Source: Candidatus Norongarragalinales archaeon (GTDB taxonomy: Archaea; Micrarchaeota; Micrarchaeia; Norongarragalinales; Norongarragalinaceae). From it: DNA of 64,000 nt. The translations under genes and the position numbers were made by a program. The notes beneath the pieces were generated by a model. That model was not told where the DNA came from. It did not search any database and saw nothing but the letters and a program-made list of their open reading frames with translations. The DNA lies in NCBI GenBank assembly GCA_038884755.1, contig JAWABJ010000001.1:576001-640000 (forward strand). The letters run 5' to 3'. Below are positions 27,701 through 36,600 of the stretch, piece after piece. How positions within the stretch are numbered: the stretch's first letter is position 1; every line of letters starts with the position of its first letter.

Positions 27701-30700
27701 GTCGGGGCGGAAGACTTTTTGACTCTTGACAAAGAGAAAATTTCTTTCGAAGGCGTTGCAAGCGAACAGACGCCTGCCGCCGTCGAAGTGAAAAGCGCTC
27801 TGAAGGGAGCGAAAATAAAAATCCAGGCTGGAGTGAACGCCGAGTGCGCGTTGCTCTTGAGCGTTGTTCCAGCAGTAAAGGAAAAAGTCGAAGACTCGGG
27901 GCAATTCAACGTGCGCCTCAACTCTTTCGACGCAATCGAGCCAACCGAATGCTCGGTTACGTTCATAGGCGAAGCCAATCCGACAACGAAAGCCACGGTA
28001 ATCCTTCCGGTTTCGATAAGCACGAGCGCGGGCCCGCCGCCAGAAGCGCAGCAGTGCGACCCCAACGCTTGCCTCACGACTTCCGAAGCGCAAAGCGCAG
28101 GCTGCTCGCCGAGAAGCGGATTCGCCTGCGAAGACCCTGCAAAAAGCTGTTTCGTGTGTGGAAGCGGGCTGGACGGCATAAGCAACATTTCGCTGAGCGT
28201 AAGCAACTTGAAGAACGACAGGCGCGTTTACCCGTTGTTTTTGGACTTCGACCCCCGCTTCAACGAAGAATTCGACTTGGTTTGGGACCAGCAAATCAAC
28301 ACCCGCCTCAACGGGCTTCCACAGCAATACCCGCAGGGAGGCGGAATGCCTTACGACGCTTGGGCCACTCAACAGTACGGCGCTTCGCCTTACTACTCCC
28401 CCAACTACCCGTTTGGAATAGGACAAGGCTACTACTCACAATACCAATACAATCCCGAATTCCAAAACCCCATTCGCACTGGAGTTCCGCCCGAACTCCT
28501 GGGTTCAACCTACCCGTTCCAGCAGACAGGATTGTTCGGCTATTCGCAAAGCCAACTTGCGATTCCCCCGCAATTCATGATGCAACAAGGTTTTGGAAGC
28601 ATATGCGGCGGTTTTGCAGGCGTTCAATGCCCGCCTGGTTTTGCTTGCGACAACTCGCTTGGAAGTGCGGGAAGGTGCGTTCCTACAGGCGGCGCTTACC
28701 CCGGACTGCAGCCGGGCCAGCCCGTAGTCCCGCCTTACTGTTATAATTACGTCTACAACTCGCAATCCGCATTCAACTACCAATACTCTCAAGTGGGGTT
28801 CAGTGCGTATACGCCTGGAGTTCCTTACGGCTTGCCTCCGCAGTGCCAATATCCGCTCGTATGCCAAAACCCGCAAGCGTGCGGGTACATTGCAGGCGGC
28901 GCGCAAGGCTTGATGAGCGGCGGAGTGCCGTTCGAATGCCAGTATCCGCAAGTGTGCAACAACCCTTCGGCATGCAGGCTGTTCGGAGGTCTAGGCGGGC
29001 AGCCGCAAGTGCAATTCAAACAAGTCGCACAGCCGTTCAGGCTTACAGTAGAATTGACTAAAGCGCAATTGGTCGTTTCAGCCGTTTACACGGGCGACGA
29101 ATACTTTTTTGCTGGCGGAAGGCCTGCGAGCGCAAGAGGGTTTTTGATAATCCGCGACTCGCGCGGCACTGAAATCAAGAGAATAGCAATTACGGTGCAA
29201 GTCGGCTATTCCGGAAGCATACCCCCACAAGGCGGATTCGGGTTGCCAGGAGGAATTCCACCTGCTGGAGTTCCGCCTTACGGGTTCCCGTCGCGCATTC
29301 CGCCCGAATGCTTTGCTTTGTTCTACCCGCAAGCTTACGGCGCTGGGCAATTCGCCTTGCCTCAAAACATGGTTGTCGCTTTCAACGCGTATACCGGAAA
29401 AGGACAGGCTGAATACTCGTTCGATGCTCCGCGCATCGGGAAAATAACTTGCCAAACGCAAACAAGCGTGAGCGATGTTTCCTGCTCGATGACTGAAAGG
29501 AAAGAAAGCGTGCAAACCGTGCAGGGAAGCCGCACGGTAAACAAAACGGTTGCCAAGCAAGTTGCGGTTTTGACGGCAAAAGCAAGCAAAGCCCGAAAGG
29601 ACGCGGAAGCACAGGGTAAAGTTTCGTTCGTCTGGAGCGTTCAAGCGCAAAACAAGATAGAACAAGATTTCGTCCTGAAGCCTGACGAGTTCAAGCCGCA
29701 AAAAATACAACTGCTGAAATTCCTGCAAAACCAGGATTCCGCATCTTTCGAAGTTGAAGTCGAGAAAGAAAACTGCGAGTTCAAAGGCGACGTCGCGAAA
29801 GTAACCTGCAACGGAACCATAAAAGCAGAGACAACCGGCAGCAAATTCGGGGAAGGCGTTCTCACAATCAAAAGCTTGAACGACAACCAAGTGAGGGAAA
29901 TTCCAGTCGTAGTTTCCAACATCGTCCAAAACACGTTCAAGATAGATTCCAGCGGAAAGGGAACGAACAAAATCACTTTCAACCCCAAGCTGGACTATGC
30001 TAAAGAAGGAGCGAAAGCTTTGGGAATAGGAATTCCAGAGTTTTTGGAAGGCGAAGGGGGGAAATGCTACAGCGTCGACGCGGCGTTGGAAAACAACGAA
30101 GTGAAGATAACCGCCGATTGCACCAACCTGGTCAAAGACAACAAACTCCCAGACTTCGTAAATTACTACGTAGTAAAACTCGAACTGCCTGAAAACGCCG
30201 GCGGAAGGGCGTATCCCATTCCTTTCATAATCTCCAACAAGCCAGTCCAATTCGACTTTACCAAACCAGTCATCATCAGCCCGACTACCGCGCCCAAAAG
30301 TTCGGAAGTAACAGTCAAAGTTTTGTACTTGATGCAAGACGACCCTGCGTTCAGGGTTGTCGAGGCAACAGGCGTTTCGAAAGACGGAAAAATCAAGAGG
30401 ATTTTGGCGAAAGCAAGCGGAAGCGAAGCAAACGCGCTTTCGTTCAAGATGGTGAACACGGAAGGCTCGATTGCAGAAGTGAAAGCTTCCACCAGAGTAA
30501 ACGGAAAAACGGTGGAGAACACAAAGAAAATCGGGCTGACCGATGAAAAAGCCGCAAGCGCACAAGGAAAGCCCGAAGAAAAACAAGCGGCCTCTTCTAC
30601 AGGCGGGGAAGAGGGTTCAGGCGGTGGAGTTTCAACAGGAAGCGAGGGCGGCGGGGCAACTGCAGTGGAATACGGAACGTGCACCGTGGAAGCTGGGAAA

Positions 30701-31816
30701 AGGACGAAAGAAACCACTAAAGACTCCAGCAGGATTCTCAACAAGGGAGTTTCCAGCGGTTTGAAAGGACAATGTGGCGACGTTTCCCAATGCACTTCAA
30801 GCGGAGGAAAGGCGTACAGCGGATTCTGTTCCGGCAGTTCAAACATTCAATGCTGCGTGGGTGGAAAAACTGGCGAGGCAACAGCAGGCCCGACTGCGCA
30901 AGGCATTCTTGAAGCGAAAATCGGAACCGGCAGGTTCGAAAACTTCAAGGAAAAAAGCGACTTCGGCACTATCGAAGACATGAACGGAAGAATCAAAATA
31001 CCGCTTTCCTTGATTCCCGAGGGAGATTTCGGGGTTGTAATGTCTTTGTACTACACCAAAAACGCGGGGCTTTACTCCGCGGGAGACAGGGCCGAAAGTG
31101 CTTACGTAAATTACAGGCGCGACAAGAAAACGTTCTACTGGAAGAGCCCGGACGGGGAAAAAATATCCGAAAGCATCAAGCTGGTCAAAACCGAAGGACA
31201 GGAATTGGTGTTCATAGACCCGGCATACGAGTTGAGCAGGCTCATTGACGAACAAGGAAAGTGGAAGGACAACGGAAAACCAGCCGAAAGCACTTACAAC
31301 GCGGAATTCAAGATTAAGAAAGGCGACGCGCTCAACGGACAGCAAATCGCTTACGCGAAAGTTGCAAAACCCGTCACCATCCACGCTGCTCCGCAGTCCG
31401 GACTGTGCGACGAACAAGAAGTCAGCTTGTACGTTCCAGGGCACGGAACCAGTGTTTATTCCTGCAAAACCAAGTCTGGCGGTTCTTACGAAATCAATCT
31501 GAAGGGGATTTGCGACGTCAACATTGCAACCAAACCCGGCATTTGGCACTACGATGCGGGGTACAACGCGTTTTTCGAAGTGAAGAAAGACGGCACTTAC
31601 AGGGACTGCTTTGCGGACTGGCAGTGGGTTTCTGAAGTTGCCGCGTGCGCGAAAGGCGTAAACCCGTGGGACGGAAGCGGCTTTAAGGAAGACCCGTTGC
31701 CCGTGCCTGCTGCAGAAACATACTGCCACGGCTTGAAAGTCTCTAAAGTAAAGTGGCTCGTCGACCGTTCTGGAGAAAAAAGCGGAATAGCGGTAAAACT
31801 CCTGATAGAGGATTGA
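24746..31816 (+). CDS. Giant membrane-anchored surface protein (carboxypeptidase-regulatory-like/Ig-like repeats, Gln/Pro/Tyr/Gly-rich and Cys-rich modules)
   Basis: 2356 aa. N-terminal TM, repeated V.D..G.PV.GA.V...T...G....F beta-sandwich units, a low-complexity QPYG region and small Cys modules. Confidence 0.85.
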   Translation: MAEGGKGVLDSLGEAYENFVSSLEEKGVPSPRTLVPVAAAVIIIAIALVLLPSLLNPTTTIEFKVLNSRGAPVAGADVTIYAGEKPFNSRSESDGTVVFDKVPQQAEYEVSVSALGYQPKKGVVENKGEVFLSGNTASQKKTLKIKVLGSDRSTPVGEASVVLSFDDGTKRSEDTDDWGDAIFDLSGVDKTIATVEVSKEGFKSKTKTVNVDDGTITIDLKETGEGKKSEALNGDFIVKVSGGEAEGVVVSLVDLYTQTPISKTKVGSDNQAVFARLAFGSRFAINAFDPEGRFETYAGQEMVFEENLQEEHIALIKKEGAEDELVITVKGKDGERIAGAEVKLYDKTTRTWYAEDSTDASGNVRIAVAGRTYYATAFKEGYLPGFAENARRGDAKTIELEKEGADNSAEASVLVKENGEPLPDAEVNFFKANGFPLGIPTVFTSADGSAVFNMPLILDGKNYKAYASASVGNKIGKSDLVDMAEGIEFVITVQAPPANVTLMAKNLLTNERISNALFSVTDAGESIINDCSSPCTITVPAQVEVKIIASAGNYMQTTTAPVSFEPGETKTVEVLMYPLSISKKNSLAFLGFFDNNGNNVVELQRAQEYDAKFMLALGEKGDAFAFFQAGESSDALSEPFELKGFKSALKPKTVFAGENAESVCSPEEKTQPEALKWVELDYTNQLGAGEIVLEIAVRPDAPARSEVKILHRAGGFIGANGIPFTSPQDDDLIMQLLSQSSKGRSVFCSAKTGVATARVHANPLTCKDGLCSRIILEREDGFKSSNNLVVPVGQQFKMNFDLFAPDESIDSVALEESPSFEIISGSAGEAHFAERTFAATGTEKTSGSITMRALRQTARAALRLKAGFASEKPPMTLEKSVEITGTNSFQISVSPQQAVLGESVRAQAIVLDSFSRPVTDAEVSVLNCEGSPRVLQETRTVLGRNAQGEGRDGKYEFRFTPQTVGKICFEARADGFETKTNEGIEVGAEDFLTLDKEKISFEGVASEQTPAAVEVKSALKGAKIKIQAGVNAECALLLSVVPAVKEKVEDSGQFNVRLNSFDAIEPTECSVTFIGEANPTTKATVILPVSISTSAGPPPEAQQCDPNACLTTSEAQSAGCSPRSGFACEDPAKSCFVCGSGLDGISNISLSVSNLKNDRRVYPLFLDFDPRFNEEFDLVWDQQINTRLNGLPQQYPQGGGMPYDAWATQQYGASPYYSPNYPFGIGQGYYSQYQYNPEFQNPIRTGVPPELLGSTYPFQQTGLFGYSQSQLAIPPQFMMQQGFGSICGGFAGVQCPPGFACDNSLGSAGRCVPTGGAYPGLQPGQPVVPPYCYNYVYNSQSAFNYQYSQVGFSAYTPGVPYGLPPQCQYPLVCQNPQACGYIAGGAQGLMSGGVPFECQYPQVCNNPSACRLFGGLGGQPQVQFKQVAQPFRLTVELTKAQLVVSAVYTGDEYFFAGGRPASARGFLIIRDSRGTEIKRIAITVQVGYSGSIPPQGGFGLPGGIPPAGVPPYGFPSRIPPECFALFYPQAYGAGQFALPQNMVVAFNAYTGKGQAEYSFDAPRIGKITCQTQTSVSDVSCSMTERKESVQTVQGSRTVNKTVAKQVAVLTAKASKARKDAEAQGKVSFVWSVQAQNKIEQDFVLKPDEFKPQKIQLLKFLQNQDSASFEVEVEKENCEFKGDVAKVTCNGTIKAETTGSKFGEGVLTIKSLNDNQVREIPVVVSNIVQNTFKIDSSGKGTNKITFNPKLDYAKEGAKALGIGIPEFLEGEGGKCYSVDAALENNEVKITADCTNLVKDNKLPDFVNYYVVKLELPENAGGRAYPIPFIISNKPVQFDFTKPVIISPTTAPKSSEVTVKVLYLMQDDPAFRVVEATGVSKDGKIKRILAKASGSEANALSFKMVNTEGSIAEVKASTRVNGKTVENTKKIGLTDEKAASAQGKPEEKQAASSTGGEEGSGGGVSTGSEGGGATAVEYGTCTVEAGKRTKETTKDSSRILNKGVSSGLKGQCGDVSQCTSSGGKAYSGFCSGSSNIQCCVGGKTGEATAGPTAQGILEAKIGTGRFENFKEKSDFGTIEDMNGRIKIPLSLIPEGDFGVVMSLYYTKNAGLYSAGDRAESAYVNYRRDKKTFYWKSPDGEKISESIKLVKTEGQELVFIDPAYELSRLIDEQGKWKDNGKPAESTYNAEFKIKKGDALNGQQIAYAKVAKPVTIHAAPQSGLCDEQEVSLYVPGHGTSVYSCKTKSGGSYEINLKGICDVNIATKPGIWHYDAGYNAFFEVKKDGTYRDCFADWQWVSEVAACAKGVNPWDGSGFKEDPLPVPAAETYCHGLKVSKVKWLVDRSGEKSGIAVKLLIED

Positions 31817-31818
31817 AA

Positions 31819-32115
31819 ATGGCTTTCGAAACCCTAGCGCTCGCAGTTGTCCTTGTTTTCGCAGCCAACGCTTTTTTGTATTACCGATGGAAGGCGCTCA
31901 AGGAAATTTACGACGAAAAACAGCAGGGCAGCCGAATGGTTTTCGCCAGGGAAATGCTCGACACAGTTTACGCCACGCCATCGCACTACCGCCGCGAAGC
32001 AAGCCTAGTCGACGAAGCAAAAGGGATTGCCGCGCAGTTGAAAAGAATTGCCGACGACGATTTGGTGCAACTGCACCAAAAGCTCGTTTCGGCAGACCAA
32101 AAGCTCTCCGCGTAA
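31819..32115 (+). CDS. Small single-TM hypothetical protein
   Basis: 98 aa starting 2 nt after the giant gene; TM helix then YYRWK and a helical tail. Confidence 0.65.
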   Translation: MAFETLALAVVLVFAANAFLYYRWKALKEIYDEKQQGSRMVFAREMLDTVYATPSHYRREASLVDEAKGIAAQLKRIADDDLVQLHQKLVSADQKLSA

Positions 32116-32196
32116 AGCACGCAAACAATAAGCATTTATTTCCGGTTCCGGCAAATTACGTTTTCCCTAAAAACTCTGTAAGGTGAAAGCACTCGC

Positions 32197-32625
32197 ATGG
32201 CTTTAGAAAGGACTTTCGTGATGTTCAAGCCCGACTGCATGAAGAACGGCGTTCTCGGCAAAGTAATCCAGCGGCTTTTAGACTCGGGGCTCAAGCTCGA
32301 GGCAATGAAAATGGTTTGGCTGGACAATAATGCGTTGGATGCGCACTACGCCCACCACAAAGACAAGCCGTTCTTTCCCGCGTTCAAGAAATTCATGAAA
32401 AGCGCGCCCGTAGTGATGAGCGTTTGGGCGGGGGACGGTGCTGTCGCGCGCGTACGCGACTTGTGCGGGCCTACGGATTCTAAGAAAGCGCCCAAAGGGA
32501 GCATTCGCGGGGATTTCGGGAAAGACGTGCAGGAAAACGTCATCCACGCTTCCGACTCGATTGAAACTGCGAAAGCAGAAATCAAGCGCTTTTTCTCCCC
32601 CAATGAAATTTTCGACCGGTCTTGA
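32197..32625 (+). CDS. ndk: Nucleoside-diphosphate kinase
   Basis: ERTFVMFKPD, GSIRGDFG, NVIHASDS. Confidence 0.97.
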   Translation: MALERTFVMFKPDCMKNGVLGKVIQRLLDSGLKLEAMKMVWLDNNALDAHYAHHKDKPFFPAFKKFMKSAPVVMSVWAGDGAVARVRDLCGPTDSKKAPKGSIRGDFGKDVQENVIHASDSIETAKAEIKRFFSPNEIFDRS

Positions 32626-32628
32626 AAA

Positions 32629-33129
32629 ATGATTCTATCCAAAAGCGAGATTCTAGAACTCATCCTAAAGGAAAAACTCGTGGAAGGCTATGTAGATTTG
32701 AAGCACCAGCTTCAACCGGCAAGCTTCGACCTCACGGTCGCGCAGGTGTTTGCTCTGGAAAGCCCGGCGACGATAGACTTCGACAACTCCTCTCGCAAGG
32801 TAAGCAAAACCAAGGAAATTCCGTGGGAAAACAATGAAATCACGCTCGCGCAAGGAGAGTACAAAATCCAGTACAACGAAACCGTGCGGTTGCCAGCTGA
32901 TATCGCCGCGTTGACCGTAAACCGCTCTTCCTTGGGAAGAAGCGGGTGCATAGTGCAAAGCGGATGGTGGGACCCGGGATATCACGGCAAGGGAGGAAGC
33001 ATGCTTACCGTCGGAAAACAAGGTTTGCACGTAAAGAAAAACGCGAAAGTCGCGCAAATGGTTTTCATGCGCGTTTCAGGCGAAAACACGCATATCTACG
33101 AAGGCGCTTACCACAAGGAAAACATTTGA
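32629..33129 (+). CDS. dut: Archaeal-type trimeric dUTPase (dCTP deaminase superfamily)
   Basis: LQPASFDLTV, RSSLGRSG, WWDPGYHGKG, AQMVF, YEGAY. Confidence 0.8.
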   Translation: MILSKSEILELILKEKLVEGYVDLKHQLQPASFDLTVAQVFALESPATIDFDNSSRKVSKTKEIPWENNEITLAQGEYKIQYNETVRLPADIAALTVNRSSLGRSGCIVQSGWWDPGYHGKGGSMLTVGKQGLHVKKNAKVAQMVFMRVSGENTHIYEGAYHKENI

Positions 33130-33227
33130 ACCAAAAACGCAATGCTTTTTATTCGCAGAAAGCGATAATTGAAAAAGCAGGAAAACTAGGTTTTCCCTAA
33201 TTCTGCTTTTTGGGTTGGGTGTTAGCA

Positions 33228-34280
33228 ATGAAAACATACCGGAAGGCGTATAGCTTCGACGACATGCTCCTCGTGCCGAAATACTCGGAAGTATTGCCTT
33301 CGCAGGCGGACGTTTCAACGCAATTGACCAAAAAAATCAGGTTGAGCCTTCCGATTTTGACTGCCGCAATGGATACGGTGACGGAAAAGCAAATGGCAAT
33401 CGCAGTTGCCGAAGAAGGCGGGCTTGGCGTTATACACAAGAACCTTTCGATCGAAGAGCAGGCGAAGCACGTTGTAGCAGTAAAAGCGAGAAAGCTGTTG
33501 GTGGGCGCTGCAGTCGGAGTGAATGACGACAAGCGCATCGAAACGTTGCTTGACGCGAAATGCGATTTGATAGTGGTGGATTCGGCGCACGGCGACAGCA
33601 AAAACGTATTGGAAGCAATAAAGCGCGCAAAAGCAATGGGCGCGCAAGTCTGCGGGGGAAATGTTGTTACGAAAGAAGGAGCAAGGGCGCTGGTCAAGGC
33701 GGGCGCCGACTGCGTGAAAGTGGGAGTCGGACCAGGTTCTATTTGCACTACTAGAATCGTTACTGGAGTAGGATTTCCGCAATTGAGCGCTGTTTTCGAC
33801 ACTGTAGAGTGCGGCGTTCCAGTGATTTCCGACGGCGGGATAAAGTATTCAGGAGACTTGGCTAAAGCTCTCGCCGCAGGCGCAAGCGCAGTAATGGCAG
33901 GCGGGCTTTTCGCCGGGACAGACGAAGCGCCTGGCGAAACAATGGACATTGATGGAAAGAAATACAAGGCATATCGCGGAATGGGGTCGATAAGCGCCAT
34001 GAAAAAAGGCTCTTCCTCGCGCTACAACCAAGACGACCTAGAGCACGGAAAACTCATCGCGCAAGGAGTGGAAGGAATAGTCGAATACAAAGGTTCCGTG
34101 AAAAGGATTTTCATGCAACTTGCAGGAGGACTGCGCAGCGGAATGGGCTTCGTCGGCGCTAAAAACCTGAAGGAACTGCAGAAAAAAGCCGAATTCGTGG
34201 AAATCACTTGGGCTGGAGTCAAGGAAAGCCACCCGCACTCGCTCAAAGGCTTCAAGAAGGAAGAAAACTACAGGGGTTAA
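33228..34280 (+). CDS. guaB: IMP dehydrogenase lacking the CBS subdomain
   Basis: [47 protein letters not shown]; 350 aa. Confidence 0.9.
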   Translation: MKTYRKAYSFDDMLLVPKYSEVLPSQADVSTQLTKKIRLSLPILTAAMDTVTEKQMAIAVAEEGGLGVIHKNLSIEEQAKHVVAVKARKLLVGAAVGVNDDKRIETLLDAKCDLIVVDSAHGDSKNVLEAIKRAKAMGAQVCGGNVVTKEGARALVKAGADCVKVGVGPGSICTTRIVTGVGFPQLSAVFDTVECGVPVISDGGIKYSGDLAKALAAGASAVMAGGLFAGTDEAPGETMDIDGKKYKAYRGMGSISAMKKGSSSRYNQDDLEHGKLIAQGVEGIVEYKGSVKRIFMQLAGGLRSGMGFVGAKNLKELQKKAEFVEITWAGVKESHPHSLKGFKKEENYRG

Positions 34281-34325
34281 GGCTATTTCAATCAAACCGG
34301 ACAAGAGGTATTAAGGTGTTTTAGA

Positions 34326-36089
34326 ATGCTTCGCCAACCCATTGTCACGGTAATGGGCCACGTCGACCACGGCAAGACGTCCCTATTGGATGCCATACGC
34401 CAGAGCAGCGTCGCCAAGCGCGAGCATGGTGGAATAACACAACATGTTGGCGCTAGCGAAGTGCCGCTTGAAGTCGTAAAAAACATTTGCGGGCCAATGC
34501 TCGAACGCATGAACACCGAATTCACGATTCCCGGCCTCTTGTTCATCGACACGCCCGGCCACGAGGCTTTTACGAATTTGAGAAGGCGCGGAGGCAGCGT
34601 GGCGGACATTGCTATTTTGGTTATAGACGTAACGAAAGGGATAGAAGCGCAGACCATCGAGGCAATAGAAATCCTGAAGGAATACAAAACCCCGTTTGTA
34701 ATTGCCTTGAACAAAATCGACGCGTTGAGCGGGTGGAATTTCAAAGGCGCAAGCGTTTCCGATTCGCTGCCGCTCCAAAGGCAGGACGTTCTCAACGCCT
34801 TGGACGAAAAGGCCTATGCGTTAATAGGGCGGCTGTACGAATTCGGCCTTCAAGCAGAGCGTTTCGACCGTATAAGCGATTTCACAAAGCAGGTGATTAT
34901 CATTCCCTGCAGCGCGAAAACGCGCGAGGGGCTGCCCGAGCTTTTGATGTTTGTCGCTGGCTTGGCGCAGCGCTTTCTCAAGCAACGGCTGGAATTGCAC
35001 GAAAGCATCGCGGGCAAGGGAAGCATTCTCGAAGTGCGCGAAGAAGAAGGGCTGGGAAAAACGCTTGACGTTATTTTGTACGACGGGAAAATCGCGCAGG
35101 GCGACGAAATCGTTTTCGCGACGGACGAAGGCCCGAAGGTTTCGAAAGTCAAGGCTTTGCTCGAGCCAAAACCGTTGGACGAAATGCGCGACCCGCGGCA
35201 AAAATTCGATTCGGTCGAAAGCGTTACCGCGGCGAGCGGAGTAAAAATAGCCTGCGAACACTCGGAAAAGGCCATCGCAGGCTCTAGCTTGGTGGTAGTT
35301 GGAAAAGAAGAGAACGAAGAACAGGCAATCGAATACATAAGCCAGGAACTGAGGGACTTGGTGGTGGAGAATGAAGGCGAAGGAGTGATTTTGCGGGCGG
35401 ATACGCTCGGAAGCCTCGAAGCGATAACGCGCCTGTTTTCAATGGAAAAAATCCCGGTGAAAAGCGCGAGCATCGGCAACGTGTTCAGAAAACAGGTGTT
35501 CCAAGCGGCGTCGGTGAGGGAGAAAGAAAAACTTTTGGGGGTTGTCTTTGCGTTCAACGTGGAAGTTGACGATTCTGCAAAGGCAGAAGCGGAAAACGAA
35601 AGCGTGAAAATATTCGAGGAGGAAATCATTTACAATTTGATTGAAGGTTATAAGCAGTGGCGCGATGCAGAGAAGGCGAAGGAAAAGAAAGAGGCGTTTT
35701 CTAAGGTTTGCTTTCCGGCTAAAATCTTGCTTTTACCCAACGCTTGTTTCAGAGTCTCCAACCCTGCAGTCTTCGGCGTGGAGGTTTTGGAAGGCAGAAT
35801 TCGCAAAAACCAGAGTTTCATCAATGTCCAAGGGCAGAGCGTCGGAACAATCCGTGCGATTCAGCATGAGAAGGAAGAAATCGAGGAAGCAAAGAAAGGA
35901 CAGCAGGTTGCAGTCTCGATGCCCGAGCCGTTCTACGGCAGGCAAATAAAACAAAGCGAAATTTTGTACGCCGATTGTTCGAAGGACGATATCAAAACAC
36001 TCGAAACTAAATACGCCTCGTCGCTGAGCGACGGGGAAAAGGAGTTGCTGAAGGAAATAAAACGCATGAAGGGCTACTCCGTGTTCTGA
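34326..36089 (+). CDS. infB: Translation initiation factor aIF5B (IF-2)
   Basis: [39 protein letters not shown]. Confidence 0.97.
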   Translation: MLRQPIVTVMGHVDHGKTSLLDAIRQSSVAKREHGGITQHVGASEVPLEVVKNICGPMLERMNTEFTIPGLLFIDTPGHEAFTNLRRRGGSVADIAILVIDVTKGIEAQTIEAIEILKEYKTPFVIALNKIDALSGWNFKGASVSDSLPLQRQDVLNALDEKAYALIGRLYEFGLQAERFDRISDFTKQVIIIPCSAKTREGLPELLMFVAGLAQRFLKQRLELHESIAGKGSILEVREEEGLGKTLDVILYDGKIAQGDEIVFATDEGPKVSKVKALLEPKPLDEMRDPRQKFDSVESVTAASGVKIACEHSEKAIAGSSLVVVGKEENEEQAIEYISQELRDLVVENEGEGVILRADTLGSLEAITRLFSMEKIPVKSASIGNVFRKQVFQAASVREKEKLLGVVFAFNVEVDDSAKAEAENESVKIFEEEIIYNLIEGYKQWRDAEKAKEKKEAFSKVCFPAKILLLPNACFRVSNPAVFGVEVLEGRIRKNQSFINVQGQSVGTIRAIQHEKEEIEEAKKGQQVAVSMPEPFYGRQIKQSEILYADCSKDDIKTLETKYASSLSDGEKELLKEIKRMKGYSVF

Positions 36090-36174
36090 AAAGTATTAAA
36101 AACCGAAAACTGGCAAATATAATTTCCTCTATAAAGTTCAGCGTATAATTTTTGCGCTTTAAAGGTGGTTACGG

Positions 36175-36597
36175 ATGAAGATAGTGTTCAGCGAAGGAAA
36201 GCAAAGCTTCCAGAAGGATTACGAAGGAAAAGCTTTAGTGGGAAAGAAAATCGGCGACGAGTTCGAAGGCGGAATCATAGGCCTTGACGGCTATAAGCTT
36301 AAGATTACGGGCGGAAGCGCGAAAGACGGCTCGCCCATGCATCCGGCAATCGCCGGGCAAAAAAGACTCAAAGCCGTTTTGGGCAGGGGAATAGGAACGA
36401 GGCACTTGCCCCGCGGAAAAAAACTCAAGAAAGGAGTTGCAGGAAACACCGTTTCCGAGAGCGTAACGCAAATCAACGCGAAAATAACCGCGAAAGGAAG
36501 CAAAACCCTCGCTGAATTAGGCTTTACTCCAAAACCAAAGGGCGAAAAGAAAGCCGAGGAAAAAGAAACAAAGCCGGCTGCTAAAAAGAAGAAGTAA
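36175..36597 (+). CDS. rps6e: 30S ribosomal protein S6e
   Basis: GKKIGDEF.G..IGLDGYKLKITGGS.KDG.PM...V.GN...QINAKI. Confidence 0.93.
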   Translation: MKIVFSEGKQSFQKDYEGKALVGKKIGDEFEGGIIGLDGYKLKITGGSAKDGSPMHPAIAGQKRLKAVLGRGIGTRHLPRGKKLKKGVAGNTVSESVTQINAKITAKGSKTLAELGFTPKPKGEKKAEEKETKPAAKKKK

Positions 36598-36600
36598 GGT

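Noticed and set aside
26513..28426. Long antisense ORFs (637 aa here; also 26788-28206, 29078-30586, 48786-50291 and similar)
   Set aside because: These are shadows of real genes on the opposite strand, produced by codon bias; they carry no motifs.
34326..36089. Intein in aIF5B, LeuRS or the ATPases
   Set aside because: Motifs are contiguous and no intein-like insertion with C/S...HN termini was seen.
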